From an uncultured Rhizobium sp. (GTDB taxonomy: Bacteria; Bacteroidota; Bacteroidia; NS11-12g; UBA955), in NCBI GenBank assembly GCA_964415065.1, contig CAYPYX010000010.1, positions 864 to 64,863 on the forward strand: a stretch of DNA of 64,000 bases. The letters are read 5' to 3'. A program made the position numbers and the translations under genes. The notes under the pieces are model-generated. The model was not told where the DNA came from, ran no database searches, and was given only the letters and a program-made list of their open reading frames with translations. Positions 7,289-16,622 of the stretch are shown here, piece by piece (the first letter of the stretch is position 1; each line of letters begins with the position of its first letter).

Positions 7289-8752
7289 TCAAAACAAATC
7301 ACCGAAATCAAAGCCGTTTTGGATGCGTTCTTTGCCGAGTTTTTGGTGTTCAGCCAGCGACCATAAAACGAATTCCTTCAAGAATAATTTGTCGTGGCCT
7401 GATGCCTCCGGCTGGTAGCTCTTGAGTAAATCTTCCAGCGATTGGATTTTGTTTAATGTCGATTCGTATTCCGATTGTTCGCTGTCGTCGTATAAGAAAA
7501 CACCACCATCGGCAATTAACTCCGCCAGTAATTCATCGTATGGAGTGGATTCGGTCTTCTTGCTCAATTTTTCAATGCGAGGGAAATATGCAGGCATGAG
7601 CGACTTTACCGCAGCACCAATTAATTGAGTCGCTACAAAAGCGGCTCCCTCTTGCTCACCCTCGTAAACCAATTCCACCTTCCCTGTAATAGCAGGGATA
7701 ATTCCCATGAAATCCGATAAACGTACCGAAGTATTCGACTCCCCATTGATCAAAGCACGACGTTCGGCAGTGCTTACCAAGTTTTCTAACATCGAAATAC
7801 TCATACGTGCGCTAACACCGCTTTTGTCGTCTACGTACTCGTTGTCGCGGGCTTCGAAAATAATCTGTTCCAATAAATCTCTGGCCAATTCGGGAATGTA
7901 AACCCGCTGAGATTGCTCCTCGGTTATTTGAGATTCTTGCGCAGAAATTTTACGAGCAATTTCTATGGTTTCTGGATAATGAGTCAGAATTTGTGATCCA
8001 ATTCGATCTTTTAAAGGAGTAACTATGCTTCCGCGATTGGTGTAATCTTCTGGGTTTGCAGTAAATACAAATTGCAAATCCAAGGCCAACCGAAGTTTGA
8101 AACCGCGAATTTGAATGTCGCCTTCTTGTAGGATGTTGAATAAAGCTACCTGAATTCGAGCTTGCAGGTCAGGCAACTCGTTAATTACAAATATGCAACG
8201 ATTGGAACGAGGTATCATCCCAAAATGAATCACACGATCATCCGCATAAGACAATTTCAAATTGGACGCCTTAATGGGGTCAACATCGCCAATTAAGTCT
8301 GCAACGGTAACATCGGGAGTTGCAAGTTTTTCTGTGAAACGATCCGAACGATGCAGCCAAGAAATAGGCGTATCATCGCCTTTTTCTGCCATCAATTCTT
8401 TGGCGAATCGGGATATGGGTTGAAAAGGATCGTCATTGATTTCAGAACCTTGTACGCAAGGAATGTATTCATCCAACAAATTGACCATCAATCGAGCCAG
8501 TCGGGTTTTAGCTTGTCCCCGTAGACCCAGTAAGTTAATGTTATGTCTAGATAAAATAGCACGTTCCAATTCGGGAATAACGGTTTTTTCGAAGCCGTGC
8601 ACACCGGGAAACGAATCCACTCCGTTTTGAATGTTGGCAATCAAATTTTTGCGTAATTCGTCTTTGATGGATTGGTAAGAATACCCCGCTTTTTTCAGTT
8701 CTCCGAATGTTGAAATCATATTATTTAAGTCGTTTTTTTCTGTTGGATTCAT
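7289..8752 (-). CDS. AAA+ ATPase of the Mg-chelatase ChlI / ComM-like type
   Basis: Walker A LLGLRGQAKTRLARL and Walker-B region CIFVINELPDL (Asn where Asp is usual), followed by ALFNILQEGDIQI. An alternative ATG at 8719 would remove the 32-nt overlap with the VWA gene. Confidence 0.82.
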   Translation of the reverse strand: MNPTEKNDLNNMISTFGELKKAGYSYQSIKDELRKNLIANIQNGVDSFPGVHGFEKTVIPELERAILSRHNINLLGLRGQAKTRLARLMVNLLDEYIPCVQGSEINDDPFQPISRFAKELMAEKGDDTPISWLHRSDRFTEKLATPDVTVADLIGDVDPIKASNLKLSYADDRVIHFGMIPRSNRCIFVINELPDLQARIQVALFNILQEGDIQIRGFKLRLALDLQFVFTANPEDYTNRGSIVTPLKDRIGSQILTHYPETIEIARKISAQESQITEEQSQRVYIPELARDLLEQIIFEARDNEYVDDKSGVSARMSISMLENLVSTAERRALINGESNTSVRLSDFMGIIPAITGKVELVYEGEQEGAAFVATQLIGAAVKSLMPAYFPRIEKLSKKTESTPYDELLAELIADGGVFLYDDSEQSEYESTLNKIQSLEDLLKSYQPEASGHDKLFLKEFVLWSLAEHQKLGKERIQNGFDFGDLF

Positions 8753-9869
8753 AATCTTGAAATATCATTTCCCCTAAACCTTTTAAGCCCGTAAAAAAGG
8801 CTTTCCCCTGATTGGCTTCGGTGAATTTATCTACAAATCGTTGAAGGTAAGGGTCTTGGGCAATCATAAAAGTGGTTATAGGGATATGCAATTTTCGTGC
8901 TTGTGCAGCTTGAGTATAACACTGCTCGGTGATGTAGGGGTCTAATCCATTGCTATTCATGTAGTAACGGCCATCGCGTTCTTTAACACAACTGGGCTTA
9001 CCATCCGTAATCATGAAAATCTGTTTGTGTGTATTTTTCTTTCTTCGGAGGATGTCCATAGCGAGCTGAAGTCCCGCAACTGTGTTCGTGTGAAAAGGCC
9101 CAACCTTGAGATAGGGTATGTCTTTGATGGATATTCGCCAAGCATCGTTTCCAAAAACCAAAATATCCAGAGTGTCTTTGGGATAACGCGTGGTAATTAA
9201 TTCTGCCAATGCCATAGCCACTTTTTTGGCTGGAGTGATTCGGTCTTCACCGTATAAAATCATGGAGTGACTGATGTCAATCATCAACACCGTACTCATT
9301 TGACTTTGGTATTGTGAATCTTCTACTACTAGATCGTCTTCGGTTAGTTCAATTTCTGCAGATCCGCTTCTTACGTGAGCGTTTCTGAGACTCTCGGTCA
9401 TGGATATTTTTTCGAGCGCATCACCGAATTGGTAATTGCGATATTCTCCGGTGAGGTCTTCGCCTTGACCTGAAGCTTTGGTTTTGTGGTTGCCGGAACC
9501 ACTTTTGTGAAGATCTCCAAATATTTGTTCTAATGCCGTTTGACGAATGGCTCTTTCCGTTTTGGCGGTAATCCCGAAACCCGATCCCCCGGAATCGTTC
9601 AACTCTTCTCGAATGTATCCGCGTTCTTTCAAATCTTCGATGAAGTCATCGATGGTGTAATTTTCATCCGTAAGTTGATATTCTTTATCCAGTTCTCTTA
9701 ACCAAGCAATGGCTTCATCGAAGTCGCCCGAAGTGTGCGTAATGAGTTCTTTGAAAATATCAAATAAAACATCGAATGGCTCTAAGGATTTAGGTTCAAA
9801 TTCTTTGAAATAAAAACCGCGACTACCAGAAGATGAAATCATGACCTTATCAACGAACATAACCCTCAA
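8721..9869 (-). CDS. VWA domain protein with an intact MIDAS motif, partner of the AAA+ ATPase
   Basis: MIDAS VLMIDISHSM ... MITDGKPS. Sits directly upstream of and overlaps the AAA+ gene. Confidence 0.85.
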   Translation of the reverse strand: MRVMFVDKVMISSSGSRGFYFKEFEPKSLEPFDVLFDIFKELITHTSGDFDEAIAWLRELDKEYQLTDENYTIDDFIEDLKERGYIREELNDSGGSGFGITAKTERAIRQTALEQIFGDLHKSGSGNHKTKASGQGEDLTGEYRNYQFGDALEKISMTESLRNAHVRSGSAEIELTEDDLVVEDSQYQSQMSTVLMIDISHSMILYGEDRITPAKKVAMALAELITTRYPKDTLDILVFGNDAWRISIKDIPYLKVGPFHTNTVAGLQLAMDILRRKKNTHKQIFMITDGKPSCVKERDGRYYMNSNGLDPYITEQCYTQAAQARKLHIPITTFMIAQDPYLQRFVDKFTEANQGKAFFTGLKGLGEMIFQDYESNRKKRLK

Positions 9870-9992
9870 AATGTTTCAAAAACCGTGAAATTTCTGCAAT
9901 AAGACTCTTGGGTATAGTCGATATTCTCATGTCTGCAAATTTTATTCGTGGTTTTGCATAGTTATCCACTTGTAATTATGAAGACTTGAGTA

Positions 9993-10316
9993 ATGGCACT
10001 AATTTGCAAGTTTATGAGTAATTATCACGAAATCACCTTAACAGAAGCGGTGTCTATGACCCATGCTTACCAGAATGATCCTTTGTTTAGTGGTAAAACC
10101 ATTTCCGTTAAAATGGATAATACCGCATTTCAGGAATTGATGTCACAACCCGGCTGTGTGTCACTTCGATCTTATTTTGCTAAAAACAGCAACAACGAAC
10201 TTACTTTAGTTGTAGTTGGGGTGGATGCAAATGGAAATGATATGACTTCCGGTTTGATCATGAATAAAGGGGTTAAATGTCCCGTTGTCTGCCCTGTAGC
10301 TAGTCCTTTGATGTGA
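9993..10316 (+). CDS. Hypothetical small protein
   Basis: ORF only. The likely start is the internal MSNYHEITL. No family recognised. Confidence 0.45.
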   Translation: MALICKFMSNYHEITLTEAVSMTHAYQNDPLFSGKTISVKMDNTAFQELMSQPGCVSLRSYFAKNSNNELTLVVVGVDANGNDMTSGLIMNKGVKCPVVCPVASPLM

Positions 10317-10385
10317 TTTTTTGCTTGAAATAATTAGGATTCGAAAGATTTTTGTTAACAAACTGGATATACTTGTAGTATAGTT

Positions 10386-11006
10386 ATGAAACTAGGCTCT
10401 GTAATCCTTGAAATGTACGTTTTTTTGTTGATAACGCTTGGGGTAACCTGGGCTGTCCCAGCGTGGCGTAATCGGTTGTACATTCAACGAAAAATTAAGA
10501 GTCTGGACCGTTTTTTTATTTTTGGCAGTATTGCATTTGAACTAATTCTTAAAACCTACCGATTTTTACATCTTCCCCCAGCAGATATTGTGGTTTGGAG
10601 TTACGATGTGTTATTTGTTGGGGTGTTAAATGTTTTGGTTTACAAGGATTTACTGCCTGAAAAGAGAATATGGGTGTTTGGCGTACTTTTGGTGTTTTTC
10701 GTTTTAGTTTATTACCTTGGAAGCCATTTGATCTATTGGAATTATATTGTTTTGATTTTAGGTTTCTCTTTTCTGTTGATTCAGAAATTGTTGAATGATG
10801 GGAGGCCCACTTGGAGTTCGTTTTCTTTATTGAGTTATTCGGTTTTGTACATTATAATTTTTATAACAACGATTTTCGATAGCATTGAATTCAATTGGAG
10901 TGAATCAAAATTAATGGATTATTTCGGAATCAATGGGGCCAGTATTTTACTTTTAAACGTGATTATTTTATATGTCAAATCCCGCCGACCAGTTCATATT
11001 AGATAA
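10386..11006 (+). CDS. Polytopic membrane protein, possibly the sensor moiety of the adjacent kinase
   Basis: About six hydrophobic helices. Overlaps the kinase ORF by 35 nt in a different frame. Confidence 0.6.
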   Translation: MKLGSVILEMYVFLLITLGVTWAVPAWRNRLYIQRKIKSLDRFFIFGSIAFELILKTYRFLHLPPADIVVWSYDVLFVGVLNVLVYKDLLPEKRIWVFGVLLVFFVLVYYLGSHLIYWNYIVLILGFSFLLIQKLLNDGRPTWSSFSLLSYSVLYIIIFITTIFDSIEFNWSESKLMDYFGINGASILLLNVIILYVKSRRPVHIR

Positions 11007-11745
11007 CATTTTTGTATTTCTACCTACGGTTGCAGTTGCCACGTCGGCACTGATTTTTGTGTATATAAGTTTCATGTATCAATTGAGAAAGTTGCGGAGA
11101 TTTAAACGAATACAATTCAGCATGGTGGAGGAGGAGCGCAAACGAATTGCCAATGATTTGCATGATTATGTGGGGGGAAGATTGGTGCAAGTGCGTGAGA
11201 AATTGCTTGAAGTTATCCCCGAAATAAAAGATAAAAAAATAGCGGAGGAGGTCAATGAATCCGTGATGAATATTCGTAATTTTCATAACGACATTCGGCA
11301 TTTAGTAGAATACATATATCCCCGAGAAATGATGAAAGGAGATTGGCGGGGAAGCTTTTTGAGGATGGGAGTTGACATGTCCACGAACAAAACTCGAGTG
11401 CAAATTGAAATCGAAGAAGAATTGGAATTGCCTTTAGAAACAGCGAAACAACTATTTTTAATTGTACAAGAAAAAATTACCAATGCGATATCACATGAGC
11501 AACCCAGTCATATTGTTGTTGATATATACACCAGTGATAATGGTGAGAATGGTGTTTTGGAAATGGTATATCAAAGTAAGAAGCATTTAAATGAAGATTA
11601 TAAAGTAAAAACAATTACGGTAAATGGACGAGGATTGTATTCAATTGATGAACGAATTAAGTATATTAGAGGTAAAATAAAGAAATACTTGTTGGGATCT
11701 TATTTGCATGATACCATTGAATTTCCCTTGAATAAAAAGAATTGA
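10972..11745 (+). CDS. Sensor histidine kinase, HisKA_3 (NarL/DesK) type
   Basis: One TM helix, H-box RIANDLHDYVGGRLV, N-box QEKITNAISH, and a G-rich VNGRGLYSIDERI. Confidence 0.85.
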   Translation: MSNPADQFILDNIFVFLPTVAVATSALIFVYISFMYQLRKLRRFKRIQFSMVEEERKRIANDLHDYVGGRLVQVREKLLEVIPEIKDKKIAEEVNESVMNIRNFHNDIRHLVEYIYPREMMKGDWRGSFLRMGVDMSTNKTRVQIEIEEELELPLETAKQLFLIVQEKITNAISHEQPSHIVVDIYTSDNGENGVLEMVYQSKKHLNEDYKVKTITVNGRGLYSIDERIKYIRGKIKKYLLGSYLHDTIEFPLNKKN

Positions 11746-11764
11746 ACTTGACACCTTTAAAAAA

Positions 11765-12409
11765 ATGAATTCAATTACTCAAGTTGAACCCGTTAAGTTG
11801 GTTCTATTAGACGATCATCCCGGCATTTTAGAACTTCTTAAATTGAGAATACATCGTATTGAGCCCAATTCCAGTGTGGTTACTTTTTCAGAAGTGGAGA
11901 ATGCTCTGATGCATATGCTTAAAAATCGACCTGATTTTGTGATCACGGACTTGCATATTCATGTGGGTAAATCGCTTGCACTGCCAAAATACTGTTTTGA
12001 AAACGGTATTCCTTATATGGTTTACACCAGTTATTTACAGTATACGTTGTTGAAATCGTTGGAGGATTTTAACTGTAGAGTTTTTGTAAGCAAATCATCA
12101 TCTACAATGGAATTGGAAGAAGGGTTATTTCATTTGATGCAGCATTTGCCGTACCGATGCAGCAGCACAGGGTTAAAGCAGAATTCGCCGGATTTTATTG
12201 AAGATATTATCCCACAACCCATAGTTACAGAAGCGGAACTGAAGGTACTTCAACTGCTTGTAGATGGTTTGACCACTGCAGAAATATCCGAATCATTGAA
12301 TTTAAGTAAGCATACTATTAAGAATCATTGTACTCATTTAAAAGTAAAAAACTCGTGTACACTACACGAGTTGATCCGAAGGTATATATACTGGCAAACC
12401 AACGGGTAG
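11765..12409 (+). CDS. Response regulator with a LuxR/NarL-type HTH output domain
   Basis: Receiver residues LLDDHP, VITDLHI, VYTS and VSKS. C-terminal TEAELKVLQLLVDGLTTAEISESLNLSKHTIKNH. Confidence 0.9.
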   Translation: MNSITQVEPVKLVLLDDHPGILELLKLRIHRIEPNSSVVTFSEVENALMHMLKNRPDFVITDLHIHVGKSLALPKYCFENGIPYMVYTSYLQYTLLKSLEDFNCRVFVSKSSSTMELEEGLFHLMQHLPYRCSSTGLKQNSPDFIEDIIPQPIVTEAELKVLQLLVDGLTTAEISESLNLSKHTIKNHCTHLKVKNSCTLHELIRRYIYWQTNG

Positions 12410-12459
12410 TTTGCCAGTACATGTACCGATAAACAGGTTATCAGCCTGTTTTATAGCAC

Positions 12460-15400
12460 TCAATGAACAAATTTGCCGGTGGCAAAGGCTGTTTTATCTC
12501 CCTGTTGAAGCTCTATCCGATACAAGGAAATTCCTTTTGAAGGTACTTTTATTTCAGCTCCCGACATGGAATACCAACGAACAGAGATCAAGTTCCAATC
12601 TGAGTTTTCCATAATGAATTTTCCATCAGAAGTAATTTTTACTCCATACGATTCCAAATGATGAACTGAGCTGAAATCCGTAAGTGTTATTGTTTTCGAA
12701 ACAGTGTCATTGCAACCTTGGTTCGTACTAGCAATTAACGACAATGTGTATTCTCCTGGAGTTTTGGGATAAGTGTAAATAAAGGTGTTTTTACTGGATG
12801 TATCCGAAGTGGAACTGGGATCACCTGCATCCCAAAGCCAAGAAATCTTATCATTACCTGCTACATAGGAGTAATTGATTGCTATCAATTGTGCAGCATG
12901 AATATTTAAGGTTGTTGGACTAGTGATTTGCATTATTGCTTTGGGGGATTCCTCCACTCGAAGTGTGAAGTACCCTGTGTCTTGGCACCCTTTTTGTGGA
13001 CCCTCGTAACGAACTCTCCAGTTTCCAGTTGCGATATCAGCAGGTGCATATTGGTTATTTTTTATGGGATGTTTTTCCAGTTCAGGAGCTTTTTTATTCC
13101 AGTTATACGAATCCCAATAGAATCTGCCATCGGTAGCTGGCTTGTTTTCTACGTACACCTGCGCTAATAAGTCGAAATCCGTTTGACCTTGACACATCAA
13201 GGGTGTGCTAAAACTAAGTAGAGGTTCATTTATCACTTCAATTTTTAGTGTATCTGCAAGATAACAACCATTCAAATAATCCTTGAATTCTAATTTAAAT
13301 AGATAGCTTCCATTTCGATTTAATTCGGATTGACTTCCCAAATAAAAACGCTGGTCTGAACTTATTATTTCATTGATGTTAACTCCGTTAGGTGCTTCTA
13401 ATGCCGTCCAAATGGGTTGATGCACTGAGGAATTAGACGGGGTTTTGATTAAAGAGTTCAAGGAAAGAAATCCGGTATTTTGACAAATAGAAGTGTCTAC
13501 GCTTTCGGATTTAACAGGTTGAATAACCGTCCAAATCAGGCTGTCGACTTCACGGCATCCCCAAGAATCTAAATAATGAACAGAGATACTGAGTTCGGCT
13601 TTTCCATTTTTGAATGCTGTAGAAGCAACTTTTTGTGGATCTAATAATAATTTCCCATTATTTGTATCGAGCCAACTGGCAGAATTTATTATTTTGTATT
13701 TGCGCGATGAATGATCTGTCCAACTATTTTTAATATCAATAGTGTTCAAAATGTTGCAACCTGTTGGAAGGGGGGATAATTTGAAATACTCTCTCGGTAA
13801 TTGTTTGTAAATCGAACTATCAGTTGCAAAACAACCAATGGAATCAGTAACCGTGAAGAACCATTTAAACATAGTGTCGGATGTGGTAATAATTCCTTGA
13901 GGTGCCTTGTAAGAAATGTTGCCGTTTTTGAGTTTGTATGAAAATCCAACTAACGACTTCATATTTTGGGTAGAGGTGCTGAAATGAATATCTGTTTTTC
14001 CACAATACAGGCTGTCACCAGTTAAACGAAGTTTGGGTTCGTTGTTGAGAATTACGGTATCGGTTTTAGGAACAAAACCCAATGAGTCATGTGTAATGTA
14101 AGGTGTTACATAATATTCATCGTTGGGGAGTTGTTCAGACAGGTTTTTGGAAGTGAGAAATGCTAATGTGGTGTTGCCTGATTTAGAGGTTACTTGCCAT
14201 TGTATAAAGGCATTCCCGCTGAATTTCTTCAAGAAATTCACTTCAGTAAAAATTCGATTACAGGTAGTATCACGTGATTTGTTTTCGTAGGGAATGGCAG
14301 GTTTTACGCGAACCAAAATTGGGGATACTGTGGTTCCTCTGGGTTGTCCGCTGCTACAATAATTGTCCATGACCAATAAATTGAATGTATGGAAAGGTTT
14401 ATGGGCATGAGATGAATCGGTTTTCCATTTGAAAATATAGGTATTGGGTTTCCCAGGGGTGCTATAAAGCCATGTATTTTTGTACTCGGTTTTTAAAATA
14501 GCTTCTAAATAGGTGCCGGTATCGGGATCGCCAATGGAGAATTCAATTTCAATGGTTTCCCCCGCAACGACAGAAAATTCCTTTCCGATTCGAACATAGG
14601 GATTGTAATTAAATGAACTACCAGATGCAGAACTGAAGAATCTTCCGTTGGAATAATAAGAATGTTGTCCAATTACTACCCATTTGCCTTGTGCATTTTT
14701 TTGTGTTTCGATTATAGAATAGCAGAATAAAGCTCCGTCGCTCGCGTCGTTTTTGTAAAAATACATTTCTCCTGATAGCGTATCGAAATTGAATCCACGA
14801 GGAGGGAAAATATTGCGGCTGGCTTTGGCAAAACCATCCGTAGTGCCAACACCTGTAAAAGTTTTAATAGGCACTGCCACTGAATACTGATTGTTTAAGG
14901 TATATGCCGCATAGGAACTGCCGCTTTGATAGGGTTGTTGAAGTTTATATATAAGACGATCATTTTCTGCATCCATAGCATCTGGGAAATACCGAAACTC
15001 ACCGGCTGAATTATCTCTGGGGATGTGATTTCTGACCATCGGTGCATCATTGCTCATTCTATTTAGTGTCCGAAGTGTATTGTAATACAGGGTCGTGCTG
15101 ATGGTATAACCGTAAGGTGATTTGATGTTGTTGACTAACATACTTAAACTTACTTCCGAACTTCCAATAAACGTAATTTGATCGGATCCATACTTTTTGA
15201 TAAAACTGTCAATGAGAGTATGTGTTTTTAAATTGATAATGGCGGACAAATAATATCTGTAGTTGCCCGAATATGGAATATTACCATTAGCCACTCCTCC
15301 AGGCATACACGTATTGGCATATCCTTTACATAGGGGATCTAAATTGGTAATGGAGTCTTTTTTGAAAAGAGCATTGGACAATTTTACAATGGGGCTTTTT

Positions 15401-15702
15401 CGGTTTTCCATGTTACCAATAAAAAAAGCATATTCCACATTTCTAATCGTATCTAATCCCGAAGAAGTAGAGTTGCAAAATAAATCCCAAATCACGCGGA
15501 TTTTTACACGGTTGGTGTCCAATAATGAACTGTTTATCTGTCCTCCATAAGGTCGATAGTTGGCGGTTAATGAACCAAAAGATGTAACAATTATGAAAAA
15601 AATCAGTAGTGTTTTTTTCATAATTGTTTTTTTCATAATTATTTTTTTTGTAGTTGTTTTAATCATAGGCTGTATTACCTCGTTTTTGATATTGTTTTTC
15701 AA
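12460..15702 (-). CDS. Large secreted surface protein with a PKD-like domain (adhesin-like)
   Basis: 1080-aa ORF. The likely start is M23 or M28 (MKKTLLIFFIIV signal peptide). PKD-like segment WLWDAGDPSS...FIYTYPKTPGEYTLSLIASTNQGCNDTVSKTITL. The C-terminal beta-rich ~80 aa may be a sorting domain. Confidence 0.85.
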   Translation of the reverse strand: MKNNIKNEVIQPMIKTTTKKIIMKKTIMKKTLLIFFIIVTSFGSLTANYRPYGGQINSSLLDTNRVKIRVIWDLFCNSTSSGLDTIRNVEYAFFIGNMENRKSPIVKLSNALFKKDSITNLDPLCKGYANTCMPGGVANGNIPYSGNYRYYLSAIINLKTHTLIDSFIKKYGSDQITFIGSSEVSLSMLVNNIKSPYGYTISTTLYYNTLRTLNRMSNDAPMVRNHIPRDNSAGEFRYFPDAMDAENDRLIYKLQQPYQSGSSYAAYTLNNQYSVAVPIKTFTGVGTTDGFAKASRNIFPPRGFNFDTLSGEMYFYKNDASDGALFCYSIIETQKNAQGKWVVIGQHSYYSNGRFFSSASGSSFNYNPYVRIGKEFSVVAGETIEIEFSIGDPDTGTYLEAILKTEYKNTWLYSTPGKPNTYIFKWKTDSSHAHKPFHTFNLLVMDNYCSSGQPRGTTVSPILVRVKPAIPYENKSRDTTCNRIFTEVNFLKKFSGNAFIQWQVTSKSGNTTLAFLTSKNLSEQLPNDEYYVTPYITHDSLGFVPKTDTVILNNEPKLRLTGDSLYCGKTDIHFSTSTQNMKSLVGFSYKLKNGNISYKAPQGIITTSDTMFKWFFTVTDSIGCFATDSSIYKQLPREYFKLSPLPTGCNILNTIDIKNSWTDHSSRKYKIINSASWLDTNNGKLLLDPQKVASTAFKNGKAELSISVHYLDSWGCREVDSLIWTVIQPVKSESVDTSICQNTGFLSLNSLIKTPSNSSVHQPIWTALEAPNGVNINEIISSDQRFYLGSQSELNRNGSYLFKLEFKDYLNGCYLADTLKIEVINEPLLSFSTPLMCQGQTDFDLLAQVYVENKPATDGRFYWDSYNWNKKAPELEKHPIKNNQYAPADIATGNWRVRYEGPQKGCQDTGYFTLRVEESPKAIMQITSPTTLNIHAAQLIAINYSYVAGNDKISWLWDAGDPSSTSDTSSKNTFIYTYPKTPGEYTLSLIASTNQGCNDTVSKTITLTDFSSVHHLESYGVKITSDGKFIMENSDWNLISVRWYSMSGAEIKVPSKGISLYRIELQQGDKTAFATGKFVH
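15611..15640. repeat. Perfect 15-bp tandem duplication (gtttttttcataatt x2) across the start of the 1080-aa gene
   Basis: Read directly: 15611..15625 equals 15626..15640. On the minus strand this encodes IMKKT IMKKT and duplicates the ATG context. Confidence 0.9.
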
Positions 15703-16043
15703 TTAGTTGCTACCAGTTTTAATGGTACATTAAAACTTGAGTTTTTTGAATCTGTAAAATAGCTCCAAAAAAATTGAATTGCAATAGTACTTTTTACTCA
15801 TTTTTTGGGGCGTTGAATACATTATTGTGACAAATCGGCGGTTTTTGGGCTGTTTTTAGGATGATCTACAGTTGAATTTCTGAAACATGAATAATCTTTC
15901 CAATTGTTTTATTCATAAATTTAGTTCTAGTTGCTGTTCCGATTAGTTAATTGGCTAATTATTAAATAGGGGCAAATTTGTGGGTGAAATCACATTAGTT
16001 ATTCACTCACTGTACTTAATAATTAATGTGCTAAATTTGAATT

Positions 16044-16478
16044 ATGGCTGAAATCAAGACGAAAGTGCATAATGGTGATGTAGTTGAGTTTATACATTCA
16101 TTTGCAGATACAGAAAAGAAAATTGAAGACGCGCTTCAACTTTTAGATTTTATGAAAAAAGTTACTGGTTTTGAAGCCAAAATGTGGGGTCCTTCTATAA
16201 TTGGATTTGGTAAGTACCATTATAAATCCGACAGAAGTAAACAAGAAGGAGATTGGCCTTTGGTTGGATTCTCGCCCCGAAAAGCTGCAATTTCACTCTA
16301 TGTTTACAGCGGGTGCGAAGGACAAGATGAACTTCTTCAACAATTAGGAAAATACAAAATGGGAAAAGGGTGCATCTATGTTAAAAAATTATCCGACATT
16401 AACCTTGAAGCACTTGAAGGACTCGTTTTGTCGAGTATATCCTTCCTCCAAGAAAAATACGGTGTCCAACCAGACTAA
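16044..16478 (+). CDS. DUF1801 (YdhG-like) domain protein
   Basis: VVEFIHSF...KMWGPSIIGFGKYHYKSDRSKQEGDWPLVGFSPRKAAISLYV is typical of DUF1801. Confidence 0.78.
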   Translation: MAEIKTKVHNGDVVEFIHSFADTEKKIEDALQLLDFMKKVTGFEAKMWGPSIIGFGKYHYKSDRSKQEGDWPLVGFSPRKAAISLYVYSGCEGQDELLQQLGKYKMGKGCIYVKKLSDINLEALEGLVLSSISFLQEKYGVQPD

Positions 16479-16622
16479 GCTGGCAGTTTAGTTGGATATA
16501 GTAAAGCATTTAACCGTATTGATTTGGTCGTTCAGTTAAATAAACAACCGAGTGCAGCCTGATTCATCTCAACAGGTAGTTCAGTCCAGCACAGAACAGA
16601 GTTCATCTATACGGATTCATTA

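Noticed and set aside
7037-7366. 109-aa plus-strand ORF in the gap before the AAA+ gene.
   Set aside because: It overlaps the 3' end of the AAA+ gene by 78 nt, has no signal or motif, and lies between two minus-strand genes. It is probably non-coding intergenic sequence.
12411-12614. 67-aa plus-strand ORF just after the response regulator.
   Set aside because: It overlaps the 3' end of the 1080-aa minus-strand gene and shows no features. It is probably spurious.
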